64,000 bases of DNA from the human T2T-CHM13v2.0 reference genome, Homo sapiens: NCBI RefSeq assembly GCF_009914755.1, contig NC_060927.1. One strand, 5' to 3'. Shown one piece after another: positions 1 to 14,547 of the stretch. Position 1 is the stretch's first letter. The number at the start of each line of letters is the position of its first letter. A program made the translations under genes and the position numbers. The notes beneath the pieces are model-generated. The model searched no databases, was not told the origin of the DNA, and saw only the letters and a program-made list of their open reading frames with translations.

Positions 1-110
1 TAAATCCACCACTGTATAGTCAGAATCATATTTGTTGAAGGGATAGATGAATAATACCACAACTACTGGCCCTGCCCCTCTCCTTCCCTTTTATACAAGC
101 TGAAACATAC

Positions 111-1977
111 TTTTTAACTTTTAAGTTCAGGGGTACAAGTGCAGGTTTGTTATATAGGTAAACTTGTGCCATGGGGATTTGTTGTACAGATGATTTCATC
201 ACCCAGGTATTAAGCCTAGTACTCATTAGTTATTTTTCCTTATCCTCTCCCTACTCCCACCCTGAATCCTCTGTTAGGTTAGACCCCAGTGTCTGTTGTT
301 CTTCTCTATGTATTCATGTGTTCTCATCATTTAGCACCCACCTATAAGTGAGATACATGAGGTATTTGGTTTTCTGTCACTGCGTTAGTTTGCTAAGGAC
401 AATGGACTCCAGCTCCATCCATGTTTCTGCAAATGACATGATCTTGTTCTTTTTTTATGACTGTGTAGTATTCCACAGTGTATAGGTACCATATTTTCTT
501 TATCCAATCTGCCATTGATGGGCATTTAGGTTGATTCTATGTTTTTGCTATTCTGAATAGTGCTGCAATGAACATAAGTGTGCATGTGTCTTTATGGTAG
601 GATGATTTATATTCCTTTGGGTATATACCCAGTAATGGGTTACAGGGTTGAATGGTCACTCTATTTTTAGTTCTTTGAGGAATTGCCACACTGCTTTCCA
701 CAATGGTTGAACTAATTTACACTCCCACCAATGGTGAATAAGCATTCCCTTTTCTCTGCAACCTTGCCAAAATTTTTAATTTTTTTTGACTTTTTATAAT
801 AGCTATTCTGATTGGTGTGAGATGGTATCTCATTGTGGTTTTGGTTTGCATTTCTCTAATGATCCATGATGTTGAGCTTTTTTGCATATGCTTGTTGGCT
901 GTATGTATGTCTTCTTTTGAAAACTGTCTGTTCATGTCATTTGGCCACTTTTTAAGGGGGTTGCTTTTTTCCTGTAAATTTAAGTTCCTTATAGATGCTG
1001 GATATTAAAACTTTGTCAGAGGCATAGTTTGGAAAAATTCTCTCCCATTCTGTAGGTTGTCTGTTTACTCTGCTGATAGTTTCTTTTGCTGTGAAGAAGC
1101 TCTTTAGTTTAATTAGATCCCATTTGTCAATTTTTGCTTTTGTTGCAATTGCTTTTGGCATCTTTGTCATGAAATCTTTGCCCATTCCTAGGTCCAGAAT
1201 GGTATTGCCTAGGTTGTCTTCCAGGGTTTCTATAGTTTTGGGTTTTACATTTAAGTCTTTAATCCATGTTCAGTTGATTTTTGTATATGGTGTAAGGAAT
1301 GGGTCTAGTTTTAATCTTCTGCATGTGGCTAGCCAGTTATCTTAGCACCATTTATTGAATAGGGAGTCCTTTCCTCATTGCTTGTTTTTGTCAGCTTTGC
1401 CAGAGATCAGATGGTTGTAGGTGTGAGGCCTTATTTGTGGGCTCTCTATTCTGTTCCATTAGTCTATGTGTCTGTTTTTGTACCAGTACTATGCAGTTTT
1501 GGTATAGCCCTTTAGCATAGTTTGAAGTTGGGTAGCATGATGTCTCCAGCTTTGTTACTTTTGCTTAGGGTTGCCTTGGCTATTTGGGCTCTTTTTTGGT
1601 TCTATATGAATTTTAAGATAGCTTATTCTAGTTCTGTGAAGAATGTCATTGGTAGTTTGATAGGAATAGCAATTGAATCTATAAATTGCTTTAGACAGTA
1701 AGGCCATTTTAATGATATTGCTTCTTCCTATCCATGAGCATGGAATGTTTTTTCCATTTGTTGGTGTCATCTCTGATTCCTGTGAGCAGTGTTTTGTAAT
1801 TCTCATTGTAGATAGCGTTTGTCTCCCTGGTTAGCTATATTCTTAGGTATTTTATTCTTTTTGTGGCAATTGTGAATGGAATTGCCTTCCTCTAGGCTTG
1901 ACTGTTGGTGTATGGGAATGCTAGCAATTTTTTTTATGTTGATTTTGTATCCTGAGACTTGCTGAGCTTGTTTATCA
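111..1977 (-). mobile_element. L1PA (L1PA13-like) 5'-truncated LINE-1: 3' UTR plus 3' part of ORF2
   Basis: Reverse L1 3' end (ggggtacaagtgcaggtttgttatataggtaaacttgtg). Minus-strand ORFs match the ORF2 C-terminus ([30 protein letters not shown]; [12 protein letters not shown]). TSD aagctgaaacatactt (97-112) / aagctgaaacttcctt (1979-1994). Confidence 0.95.
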
Positions 1978-3307
1978 AAAGCTGAAACTTCCTTAAGGCA
2001 AGTGACAAGGGTAAAAGTTTAGGGAACATCAAAGCTTTGGATCCAACTTTCTGTGGCCTCTTTGTCATCTCTGCCTGGGTTGGAAAATGAGGTCTGAAGA
2101 AGAGTTGGAATTGAACACTTATCTTGTCCAGGCTCTAGGAAATCTCCAACATTTTTTAGTCTTGTCTTATTTCAGTTACTGCCATTTCTTTTGCTGCCTG
2201 TCTAGACAATCAGTTCTTTCCACCAGGGGATCCTTTAGATTACAAGAACTGGAGCTCATACCTGCAGGGATTTAAAGATACAGATATTGGACAGGCCACA
2301 TAAAAAGAGAAAACGGAGTGTTCAGCCCTATGGAAATTTGTAGGTGTCATTTACCCAGGATCTCTCTCATTTCTCCCCTTCTTGCCAAAGATAGTGCCCC
2401 CTATTCTGGTTTTCTACCCCACAGATTCCCCTGGCCTTGACCCACTCCCCATTGCTGATCCATGATGTGGCCCATGTAGGAAGCCCCAGGGATGCTTGGT
2501 GGCCTGTGTTTCTTTCCTTCCTTTGGTTTCCCAGGCCATCTGGGAATGTGCCGGCAGAGCAGCAACACAAAGGTCATGGAATTAGATATCTTCCAAGCAC
2601 CCCCACCCCTGAGTGTAGCTGTAGGAAAGCCATGGGAAGCGGGCCTATCTTCTGGCTTGGGCTGTGCTTTTTGACACTAGTCGGTTAGAGAAATCTTAGG
2701 CCATTTGAAGACTAAAATAATAACTATTATTTCAAAGACTGACAGTTACTGTCTTATTCTTCCCCACTCCTGCTCTTGCAGACCCTTCATTCCCTGAGAT
2801 GGATGGAGAGAGGAGGCAGTCATGCCAACCTCCAAGAATCTTTCAAGAGTTGTCCACTAGAGATCGAGACGCTGATGGGGAGGATTGTTTACTCCACCGG
2901 TGGCTTGTTCCTCAGGTCCCCCTGCAAGGATGGCTTGTCGCCTTGGCATGCCGGGCTGCTCCACATACACCCATGTTTGGGCATCCTCCTCACCTTCTAA
3001 GTCTGGCCATGTGCAGCCCAGGGGATTCGCAGGTGCGGTCAGGATGGAGACAAGGTGCTTTCCTTCTTGATGCTCATGACAGTATTGACAAATATTCCCT
3101 TCTAGTCCCTCCTGGTTCTTGGTTCTGAGGCCAGGGACAAGACAGTAAATTTCCCAGAGACTCATTTTTCCTATCCTTACAAGGGGTGTCCCAGGAGCAC
3201 CCATCTGAAAGGGCATCTGTGAGCACCAAAAAAGACATTTATAGGAAAATATAAACCATAGATCAGTGAAGCTCAAAGTATGGTCTGTGGCCCCTAGGGG
3301 TTCCTGA

Positions 3308-3629
<322 letters not shown>

Positions 3630-4663
3630 AAAAGCAATTATTGTAATAACCATAAGACTTCATTTACCTTTATTCACTGAGTTGATGTTTGCACTGATGG
3701 TACACAAGTAAGAGTAGGTGACGCTCCTGGTGCCTTAACATGAAGTGAGGCAGTGGTACCAAACTGTGCACGTGGTCGTTGTATTCTTCCCCTCCTTGAA
3801 CTTGCAGGAAAAGGATGCCAGTGGAAATTTAGGATATCTTTGATGAACCAGTAAAAATTATTGATTTTATTGAAACACAATTCCTGAGTATGTGTCTTTT
3901 AAGTACTCTATGTGATGAAATGGGAAGTACACATAAAGCACTTACGCTGCATACTGAAATGCAATGCTCATCCTGAGGAAAAGCAATTGTGTGATTATTT
4001 TAGTTGTGAGATGAACCAGCCACTTTTTTCACAGAACACAATATTTAATTAAATTAACTAATTATAGAGTTAGGTATTTGGCAGACATTTTCTCTCTAAT
4101 TCAGCAAGTATGTCATTTTAAGGAAAATAACTGATGGTATTTGTTACCACTGATAACATTTAAGCTTTCAAGCAAAAATTAGACTTTGGAAAATTTGTAT
4201 TTGCCTTTCTGAGCTTGACAGTGTCCCGATGCTTAAATACTTTTCTCAAAAGACTGGCAATGATATTAACATATGTGGTTTTTTTGATACTGCATATCCA
4301 TCAATGCATACCAATGAAATGTTTCAACATTTGGAAAATCTGCATAACCAATTTAACCAATATTTTCCAAATAACCAATGCATGATGCTACAAAATTAAC
4401 CCTGGATAAAAGAGCCATTTAAGATGGAAGATTTTAATATAACAGTATATGATTTTAATGTTAGATTAATTCAATTTTTATGTAACAGAATGTTTAAAAT
4501 TTATTGATATAATTTTAGATTCCACATCGATTTGTTATAAATGAACAAACTATAATGTGTTGAGTTTTAGTATAATACCGAAGAATAGCTACTGTTTTGT
4601 GAAAAGGCTATTTTAATACTTCTGTCTTTTCCAACTACATTTCTACTTCAAATCAGACATTAA

Positions 4664-4888
<225 letters not shown>

Positions 4889-5559
4889 TAAAAATACTAT
4901 TTTACATTAACATGGAATGGTTTTATTATTGTTATTTTAAAATAAACCAGGAAAATAAATATATTTTAAAAATTTCTTAGCTTCAATTTCTAACATGGTA
5001 AATATCCATGGTTATAGCTGATATTAAAAATGCTCTTTGAAGACCTTAAGAAATGTTAAATGTAATGTTTCTGACACTGAAAGTTTGAGAACCACTGCCA
5101 TGGGACACAGTATAAATTTCAGATTATTTAAAAAAAATCACTGTTTCTTCTCCAGTTCCCCAAATAGGTTTCTAATGGGAGACAGCCTAGAGCTCCTACT
5201 CTCATAGACACTGTCTCAGAGCCCCAGCTTTCCTTCACTAAAGCAAGGCTGAGAAGAACTTCTCTCAGATTTGAGGGTTCAAAAAATCCACCAAACCTTT
5301 CTTACAAAAGTATATGGTCTTAAAGACATATTTCTTATATGTGCCAAAAAATATAGTCATGAAGATGCATTCCTTAGATTTATTTAAAAATTTTTCTTAG
5401 CAGATCATGAGATCTGCTCTGGTCCACCCACAAGCATAGGAGTCATTCCATTTTGTAGCACGTGAGTTTCCAAGCCACCATCATGGGCTCAGGGCTTGTC
5501 TTCAAAAAGAATATGAATTGAGTGTGGCTGTTCCTCCCTATATCTTCATTATGACTATG

Positions 5560-6095
5560 CTGGATAAATTGCTTGGCCTGCCCTTCCTCCACTCCACTTT
5601 TCTGGGAGCCTCTCCCCACCTCTTTTCCTATGTGCATGGTTACTTATGGGAGCAATTTTTAACACATGACCCTGCACTTTGCCACAGTTGATTGGCCAGA
5701 GCATGTCTGTGAATTTTGGCTATAGGATCCAGAGAGCTAAATTAGTTTCATTCCACTTTTAGCTAAAACTACAGCACATAAAGCTTTAGAGCCTTTATTC
5801 TCCATGTTTTTTGTCACATTGACTGAGAAGTAAGGGAAACCAGTCTGCACCAAAAGATGGGAATGAAGAAGACATGCAGAAAAGCCAGCATGAGAGAAGA
5901 AAGAGTAGTGTTCTGCATCCCAGCCCTGGGTTGCAATTTTTCCTGAGGCCCACCCATATCTCTACCTTTCCCATGGTTTGGCTACTGTATGCTTCCAGGC
6001 TTCTGTGCATCTTCCAGTGCCCACTCCACCACTCTCCTAACTCACTTTCTGTTGGTTGTTTGTTTATTTGCTTAAGCAAGTCTGAGTTTCTCACC
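5560..6095 (+). mobile_element. Highly decayed MLT1 (MaLR) LTR-like remnant
   Basis: tgattggcc and the terminal tttgcttaagcaagtctgagtttctc resemble old MLT1 3' ends. Weak match. Confidence 0.35.
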
Positions 6096-6239
6096 AGTAT
6101 TAGAGACTTCTCTCTTAGTAGGCTCAGCATCACACATCATCAGAAAGTAAAGTAATTTCCCATCCCAAGTGGGTGACAGGTGACTTTGCATTTGACAGTG
6201 ATAGTGAATCAATTATCCTGGGCTCAAGTAGAACATATT

Positions 6240-6278
6240 AGTGTATGAGTGTGTGTGAATGTGTGTATGTGTGTGTGC
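6240..6278. repeat. Imperfect (TG)n microsatellite
   Basis: gtgtatgagtgtgtgtgaatgtgtgtatgtgtgtgtg. Confidence 0.8.
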
Positions 6279-6534
6279 ACAGGTGTGCTTAGGCTGATGC
6301 TACCTGACTCCACATGATAAAGCCCTTGGTGGCAGGAAAATGTAACCATCCTAGAACTTTCAAAGGAATCACATTGTTCCCTGTTGCTTATGAAATTCAG
6401 ACTAATGAGTGGATAGATGAAGACTGGTTTTCCAGATAGCTTCTATCATCTTTTTATGCTTTCACACAAATACTATTTTCAGAGCCTTTACTGAGTAATG
6501 CAAGACTATTCAATGGCCATACAACTGGGTAGTT

Positions 6535-7523
6535 CAGAGTTCTTAACCTGAAGTATAATAATAGAATTCAGAGAGTCTGTGAACATGCATGGGGAAAAAT
6601 GACCTCCTTATCTTCACTAATCTCTAACAGAAAATTAGCATTTTCCTCAATATTTCATGTAGGTAGAAAACCGCAGCTGTATTAGCAAGACCCACTTATA
6701 GAAATTACAGATACTTCCATATTAATTAAAGTGTTACTGATATCTTCAAAAGTTATTTGTTCATCATATTTTAAATTTTTGCTAGCTATTAAACCCACTA
6801 CCAGATTCTATTATTTCACACACACATTCCTCTATCAAAAATGTCAATATTTTGGTAACTATTTCTACTTAATTGGTATATTTTGTTTTATGCAGTTAAA
6901 AACATTATTCTGATAATGTATGATATAATTCATCCAGGGGTTCTTTTTCAAAAAAACAATTTCAACTTTTATTTTAGATTCAGGGGGCACATGTACGGGT
7001 TTGTTACATTTGTATATTGCATGATGCTGAGGTTTGGGGTACCTGGTACCCAGGTAGTGAGCACAGTACTCAATAGGTGGTTTCTCAGCCCTTTCCCTTT
7101 TCCCCGCTTTTGAAGTACCCAGTGTCTATTGTTGCCATCTTTATGTCCATGGGTACCCAATGTTTAGCTCCCACTTATAAGTGAGAACATGCAGTCATGC
7201 AGTCTTTGGTTTTCTGTTCCTGCTTTAATTTGTTTAGGCTAATGATATCCAGCTACATCCATGTTGCAAAGGACGTGATTTCATTCTTTTTTATGGCTGC
7301 ATAGTATTCTATGCTGTATATGTACTACATTTTGTTTATCCAGTCCACTGTTGATGGGCACCTATATTGATTCCATGTCTTTGCTATTGTGAATAGTGCT
7401 GCAGTGAACATACATGTGCATGTGTCTTTTTGGTAGAACAATTTAGCTTCCTCTTCCTATAGAGGTTCTGTGACACCAAAACAAACAAACAAAAAAACAA
7501 AAAAATACAGCTAAGAACTCCCG
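6535..7523. mobile_element. Non-autonomous hAT-Charlie element (Charlie4a/MER119-like), split by an L1PA insertion
   Basis: Terminus cagagttcttaacctg; internal ttcactaatctctaac and aaaaacattattctga. The other terminus ctaagaactcccg resumes after the L1. Confidence 0.6.
6943..7452 (-). mobile_element. L1PA15/16-like 3' end (~0.5 kb, 5'-truncated)
   Basis: tttcaacttttattttagattcagggggcacatg...tgatgctgaggtttgggg; ctcccacttataagtgagaacatg. Confidence 0.9.
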
Positions 7524-7639
7524 GTTTATTTACCTTCTTGGAAGAAGAATTAATACACAAGAAGCAGAAATCTGGTAAAAAAAAATACTACAAATATGAC
7601 TTTACTGCTCCATAGGACAAGTTTTAATAATAATATTCT

Positions 7640-8046
7640 TCTAGTTATCTATTGCTGGATAATAAGACAGTCTGAGGTATAGTGCCTTAAAACAACAAAA
7701 ATTATTTGCTTCAATTTAGGCATGCCTCGGGTGTCAATGTCTTCTCTCCGCTCCTTGTGGTAGCAACTCAGGGAGCTTGACTGTAGCTGAGGGACCCACT
7801 TCCAGATGACTCTCTCGCCTGGCTGGTGGGTTGGTGCTGGTGACTGACTGAGAGCTCAGGGAAACTGTCAGCTGGGAGCTTCCTGCCTCCCTAGCTGGCC
7901 CCCTCCACTGATCACTGGGCTCCTAACTGCATGCTGTCTGTATTCCAAAGAGTATTTGAGGTATTGGATGTCACCAGTCTCTTAAGACTTGAGCCTGGAA
8001 ATTAGGGCAGTGTCCCTCCCACAATATTTTCTTGTTTAAGCAGTCA
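7640..8046 (-). mobile_element. MLT1 (MLT1F/H-like) MaLR LTR
   Basis: agttatctattgctg...gccttaaaacaac...ttccagatgactctctc..ctggctggtgggttggtgctgg pattern. Confidence 0.65.
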
Positions 8047-8631
8047 AGGGGCATAAGAGAGAGTTATTTTTACTATTCTCTTTACTTTTTAGTATAATTG
8101 AAATTTTCCATTAAAAAAATTATAACATCAATCTCATTTTGGTAACATCTCTAGGGTGACTGGTAGGGATGTAAATACATTCTAGAAGAGCATGTGAGTA
8201 AGCCAGTCGTCAAAAAGTTTTCCCAAATACCCACTAACAATGAGCTCAAAACTCAAAATTACAAAATTCATAAGGAATCAAGATATCAAGATTGAGTTAG
8301 TTGAAAAAACAAATAGCAGAACTGAATCTCCCAATTACTTTTAGATGATGGAATAATTAGATATAGAACATAAAGTATTTTTAAAATATTTTTAAAATTA
8401 AAGATGGAATAGAAAACATGAGAGAGGAATACTATGCTGTGAAAAATTCCTCTCATATTTGAGAAATGAAACAAAGAGAATTTCTAGAAATTCAAGATAT
8501 GACCATTGAAATTAATTTCTCAGTAGATAAGGTAAATCAGAGATTAAACACAGCTAAAGAGAGAACTGATAAATTGAAAGACAGATGAGGCAAGAACACA
8601 GTACTGAGAGACAGATAGAAAATATGAAATA

Positions 8632-8691
8632 AGTTAAGAGACACAAAACAGTCTAATATACAGTTAAGAGACACAAAAAAGTCTAATATAC
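8632..8691. repeat. 30-bp tandem duplication (x2)
   Basis: agttaagagacacaaaacagtctaatatac / agttaagagacacaaaaaagtctaatatac (1 mismatch); a partial third copy follows. Confidence 0.9.
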
Positions 8692-9229
8692 ACCTTATGA
8701 GAAAGTCTAATATATACCTACTTTTAATTCCAGAGAAAGGAAAGCTACCAGAGCAGAGAAAACACTCAAAGAGATAAAACAGGGAATTTTCCAAAGTTGA
8801 TGAAAGAAATAGACCCTAAGATTTAGGAAGTGCAATTAAATTACATAGGAAACTCTGAAAAAGTAGTCAATTCCAAAGATAAAACAAAAAATTTAAAATC
8901 AAGCAAAGGGAAAGAATGGATTACCTACAAAGAATTACTATTAGATTGATCATAGATTCTGCACTAATAGCAATAAGAACAAAAGATAATGAAATACTAT
9001 CTTCAAAGTATTGAGAAAAAAATTATTAACATGGTGTTTTAAACTACCTTAACCTATGACAAAACACAAGGGTGGAATAAAAACATTTATAAACTAACAA
9101 AAACAGAGGAATTTATTTTCTAGAGAACTGAACTTAAGAAACATCTAAAGGATGTCATTTTTGTAGGGAAATTGAATAGAATGGAGAACTAAGCTACAAT
9201 GCAGAATGGTGCTTAATGAGCTGGAAAAC

Positions 9230-9451
9230 CCAGGACTTCCAGGTGTGGTTGTACAGGGGTGCCACATCTGGGGGTGCCAGTTGCTCCGTACACAGTGTAG
9301 CTTCTATGTTTATTATGTATTCTGTTACTGTGTGGTATATGTATAGTACTGAATGAATGTTACTTTCCACAGATGGAAATAAAGTGTTTTGAAAGAGAAA
9401 CACCTTTTCCCAATTTGCACAAAAATGCTATATGGGTTAGCAGCAGCTCAG
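9230..9451. mobile_element. MER91-like hAT-Tip100 MITE
   Basis: End tttcccaatttgcacaaaaatgctatatgggttagcagcagctcag resembles the MER91 terminus. Confidence 0.5.
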
Positions 9452-10199
9452 CAGAAACATGTGGGTAAAGCTAAACAAATATTGACTTTATAGTACAACA
9501 GCAATAGAGGTAATAATTTTTAGTACAAAAGAGAGACAAGGAGGAAAATGCTGGATAAAAATAACTTTTAAGAAGGGACAGGTTGTTAGATTAAAAACAT
9601 TCTAAGGTCCTTCTGTTGTTCTGGAGTAGAGAGATTTGTAAAGGTTGTCTGTTTAAAAAATAGGAAACATTTTTATATGAAGCATTTTAGAATAGGGCAG
9701 AAGCTCTAGTGTGCAGATTGCACATGCACTGTTAGGGCAGACACCTGCACCTGCTTACTTACCACTTAAAGGACACAGGATGAAGCATAGAGGTCTGCAT
9801 CCAACTCCTGAGAAGGCAGGGAGACACAGATGAGCTCTCCACCTGGAGCTGCATCTGCCAGGGCTCCCCACCCTCCCCCAAAGCCTCCCTGTCGCTGCTT
9901 TGAATCAGGCCCACTGAGCTTCTTTAGCTCCTGGAACAGAGTCTCCTCCAGTGGCTCTGGGGGCAGCTGTCCAGGGGCTCTCGCAACCTCTGGACCCAAC
10001 TGGCTGCCCAGAGGGCCAAGGGGTCAGTAACTGCAGCCCATCCCTAGTGAAACGCAGCATGCCATTTAGGAGGCTCTGCGTGAACCAGAGCTACTCACAA
10101 AAAATGAAATGTTCTAAAAAACCAGACTGTTTAGCACCAAAGTTACAGAAGTTTGCATACATATGTAATTTATTTGACATTTAAAAATATGGAAAACAT

Positions 10200-10450
10200 T
10201 GCTATATATTGCTTATGGATATATCTACCTGTAGAAAAATATAAGGACATACATGGAATTGATTAACAAAATTTAGGATAGTGATTATTGCTAAAAATAT
10301 GGGAGGAAAAGTGATTGAGAAGAGGTAAACACAGACCTTCAATTGTATTTGCAACATTTTACCACTTATATGTAGTGATGGGTGCATGTATAGTCATTAG
10401 ATTATTCTCTATGCTTTTTTGTCTACTTGAAATATTTCGTAATAAATTAA
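10200..10450 (+). mobile_element. L1MC/L1ME-type 3' UTR fragment
   Basis: aaatttaggatagtgattatt...ttcaattgtatttgcaacatttt...ttgaaatatttcgtaataaa. Confidence 0.55.
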
Positions 10451-11049
10451 GGTGGATATGAGTCTTCAGATTGGAAAAGCTCATCACATACCAAGCCATG
10501 TAGATAATAATATATTGACAACTGCACACACACATCATAATGGAATGGAGGATCATCAAAGATAGAAAAACCTAAGCACTATAAGAGGGTAATTGAGAAA
10601 GAGAGAAGCAAAACCAAATAATATTAGGCTTAAAAGGGATAAAACTTTAGATGTAGAATTTTAAAAATATTTTGAGAATGAATAAATGTATTTATTCTAA
10701 TAATTTTGTAAATTATCAGCAACTAAAAAGTATTAATAGACTCAAACAGGAATTAAAATATTTAATAAACCAATGAAAAAATTGAAATGGATAGCCTAAG
10801 ATTCCTTGAAGGTTTAGAAAATGCATATGATACCTTTGGAAGTGGGGAGGTTTCGAGATTATAAACAACATTGATTCAAAGATTATAACATATATTTTAC
10901 TAGCAGTATAATCCTGGTATGAAAAATAGTCAAAGATAATACAAGGAAATAAAATTATATACCAAATTCACTTATAAACTCCAATGTAAAAATCCTAAGC
11001 AAAATATTAGTAAAGCCAATCCTCTAGATATTGCAGTATCATGAGGCTC

Positions 11050-11178
11050 ACCCTTCATTTACTGCCTCCCCGGTCTTACTCATCTTGTTTGATAGCAGCT
11101 CCATCTTGCCACATTTTTTCAGGCCAAAGACCTTGGAACCATCCCTGACTCCTCTTTTTCTCTCATGCCCAATATCCT
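11050..11178 (+). mobile_element. L2 fragment
   Basis: caggccaaagaccttggaaccatccctgactcctctttttctctcatgcccaatatcc matches the L2 core. Confidence 0.7.
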
Positions 11179-11317
11179 CTTCTTTTATTTTCCAGAAGAG
11201 ATTCTGTTGAGTTGGTGTTAATTCTTCTTTAAATGTTTGGTAAAATTCTCCACTGAAACCACTGGAGACAATGGGCATGATGATTATTTTGGGAGAGCAT
11301 TTAAATTATGAATTCAA

Positions 11318-11610
<293 letters not shown>

Positions 11611-11767
11611 TTATGAATTCAAAATTCTAATGGTTTCATACAGGTTATTGTGGTTTTCAAGAAAGTCCATTTCTTCCAAATTGTCAAATGTATTAGCATA
11701 AGTCTATTTATAATATTTGTATTACAAATACAAATATTACAATGTAATATTTGTAATATTCCCTTAT

Positions 11768-12126
11768 TGCATTCGTCTGTTTTCACACTGCTATAAAAGA
11801 CTGCTTGAGACTGGATAATTTATAAAGAAAAGCAGTTTAATTGACTCATAGTTTCAAATGGCTGGGGAGGCCTCAGGAAACTTACAATCGTGGTGGAAGG
11901 TGAAGGGGAAGCAAAACATGTCTTACATGGTGAAAGGAGGGAGTGAGGAAATGCCACACACTTTTAAACCATCAGATTTCATGAGAACTCACTCACTATC
12001 ATGAGAACAGCATGGGGGGAAACCATCCCTATGATCCAATCACCTCCCACCAGGTTCCTCCCTCAAAGCATGTGAATTACAATTTGAGATGAGATTTGGG
12101 TGGGCACACAGAGCCAAACCATATCA
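11768..12126 (-). mobile_element. THE1D-like solo LTR (ERVL-MaLR)
   Basis: tg...ca termini; ggctggggaggcctcaggaaacttacaatc and gagatttgggtggg..acacagagccaaaccatatca. Perfect 5-bp TSD cttat. Confidence 0.93.
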
Positions 12127-13550
12127 CTTATTTTTCATTTCTTTAGGATCTATAGTGATAGCTCTTGTTATTTTCCCCGGTGTTAGTAATCCGTGTCTTC
12201 TTTTTATTTTGCCAATCTTGCTAGATATTTTTTCAAAGAACCACCTATTAGTTTTATTGATTTTTCTCTATTGTTTTCTCTCTTATATACAGCACATATA
12301 TAACTTGTTTTTTAAAAAAAACTCATTGGAGATCTTTTATCTTTTGATAAGTAAATATATCTTATTACATTTTCTTTATATGATAGAAGAGTTTGGACAT
12401 ATCACTGTGTGTCATGCTCTCTGTTTTTATCATTCACTAAATGGTCTATAGTCTCTTCATTTTGCTCATGTGCATGTGTGTTGTCCTTCTAATAATTTGG
12501 GAAGTTTGGATTTAATCTATTTTTAAAATTTTTTTTCTAATGACGCTATGAAAACTACCTTGTAGTTTTATATGATAAGTTTATTTTTAAGAGATCCCTT
12601 CTAGGTAGGGTTTACTTATTTCCCAATATGACATATGAGTAATTGTCACACTTATACTTTTCTGTACCTTCCTTATGGTGGAGTCCATCCACCACTAGGG
12701 TTGCATTAATTATGTTACTATTTTTGGTTGTCTTACTTGTTTATTTTGCATAATTTAAATATCACACAGACACCTTTATTAGTTAGCTTGTTACATATAA
12801 TGTGTTGATGGACTGTGCTCTGTGAAATTTGAAGAAACTGAGGTGCTTACACTATTGTGCACCACTGAATCTTAATTAACCTCCACCACTCAATTTTCAT
12901 CAGTAATATTATTTCATAGTATCATGGTTTCTAATATTTATATTCTGTTCTGTAATGATCATTTCCCTAGTTTAGCCTTAGTTCTATATGTAAATGGGTT
13001 CAATGCTTACAAGCCGTCCTTTTACCCTGGCTTTTTCATTTGTCTCTTAAAAGGCTGATTTATTAAACAAGGCATTATTCCCTAATTCTTGTATGTTTGA
13101 TCATGATTTTGTGTGACATTTACTCTTGAGTGACATCTTTGCTGGAATAAATTCATGATTATATTTTCTTTCCTCGATGACTTCGTGAACATTTGTCCAC
13201 TCTCTTCTAATATTGAATATTGTGTGGACAAGTGTAAGGCAAAGCCGATTCTCCTTCTACCTGCTGACTCCATGAATATATATGTGTACATACACACATA
13301 AATATCTCCTATAATATTTTATGCATGTGTATGGGTGTGTGTTCTATAAACTAATAAGACCTTTCTTTACCTTTTAAGTCTAGTAAATTTGTTAGAATAT
13401 GTATTAGGGCTGATCACACTTTACCATTTTCCCTTCAGATACAATCAAAAAAGTGAAATTAAATCAGCAAAATGAAATAGAATACAGTTGTGAAAAGACT
13501 CAAAATAAATGAAAGATATAGAAGACAAAGAAGCACCAACACATGCATAA

Positions 13551-13877
<327 letters not shown>

Positions 13878-14384
13878 AGTAATGTGCTTTTAAAAAGAGA
13901 CTAGAAAAATATAACAAAATATTCAAAGTTATAATAGGAGAAAACTTTACTGCATTGGAGGAACATTTGAATGTGGAGATTAAAAACCTTCGCTACACTC
14001 ACTTATCCCTGTGTTTCACAATAGTCCATCTTTTTTGTTTCTAATTTTATTTTGTAACACTTTTGTTTTTTCTGAGATATGCTAGATGACTTTTCATCTT
14101 TTAATGTTGCCAAATCACTCCTTCTTTGTATGCTTATTTTTCTTCTTTGAGCTTTTTAAAAATTATAGCTTTATATATGTTTATTTTGCTTTACATAGAG
14201 AAGTATTGATTAATCATTTTCTAATGCTTTATTGCATGTTTTCAGGCATGAATTATTTATCTGCTTTTTTGTTTGTCATTTTTGTTTCATTATTTTATTC
14301 TTGTGGCACCTTTAAATGGGTCCTGTGCTATTTCTTTTTATATTATTACTCTTTTTTTAATGAAGGCTAGCTACTTAATGAAGT

Positions 14385-14547
14385 CTCAACAAGCCCCCAT
14401 TGCCCACAGCAATGACCAGTTCAGGAATACATCTTTGTACTAGTTTCCCTTCCTACCTATTACCTCCTTCCGTGTTCCTTATGCCTGTCTCCTGGACTGA
14501 CTTCCCAAATGAAGCCACCTGAATGCAAAATTTTGTCTTAGGCTTTC
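14385..14547 (+). mobile_element. LTR16-family 3' fragment (copy A)
   Basis: ttgcccacagc...cttcccaaat..gccacctgaatgcaaaattttgtcttaggc. Confidence 0.6.

Larger units (their letters stand above)
8230..9650 (+). mobile_element. Ancient L1M/HAL1-like ORF1 remnant
   Basis: A-rich sequence with ORF1-like tracts (gaatttctagaaat, ttccagagaaag, ttacctacaaagaa, tatcttcaaagtattgagaaaaa). No open frame. Confidence 0.55.

Noticed and set aside
8632-8720. 30-bp repeats as a CRISPR-like array
   Set aside because: Head-to-tail duplication without spacers, in eukaryotic L1-derived DNA.
9700-10190. Possible DNA-transposon remnant (also 49810-50070 and 57380-57460)
   Set aside because: Composition is suggestive, but I could not match termini or a family with confidence.
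12032-12042. DUX4 site in THE1D (tgatccaatca) and in MLT2 (tgattggatga, ~57866)
   Set aside because: Each mismatches the TAAY half-site and is ordinary for these families; binding cannot be inferred.
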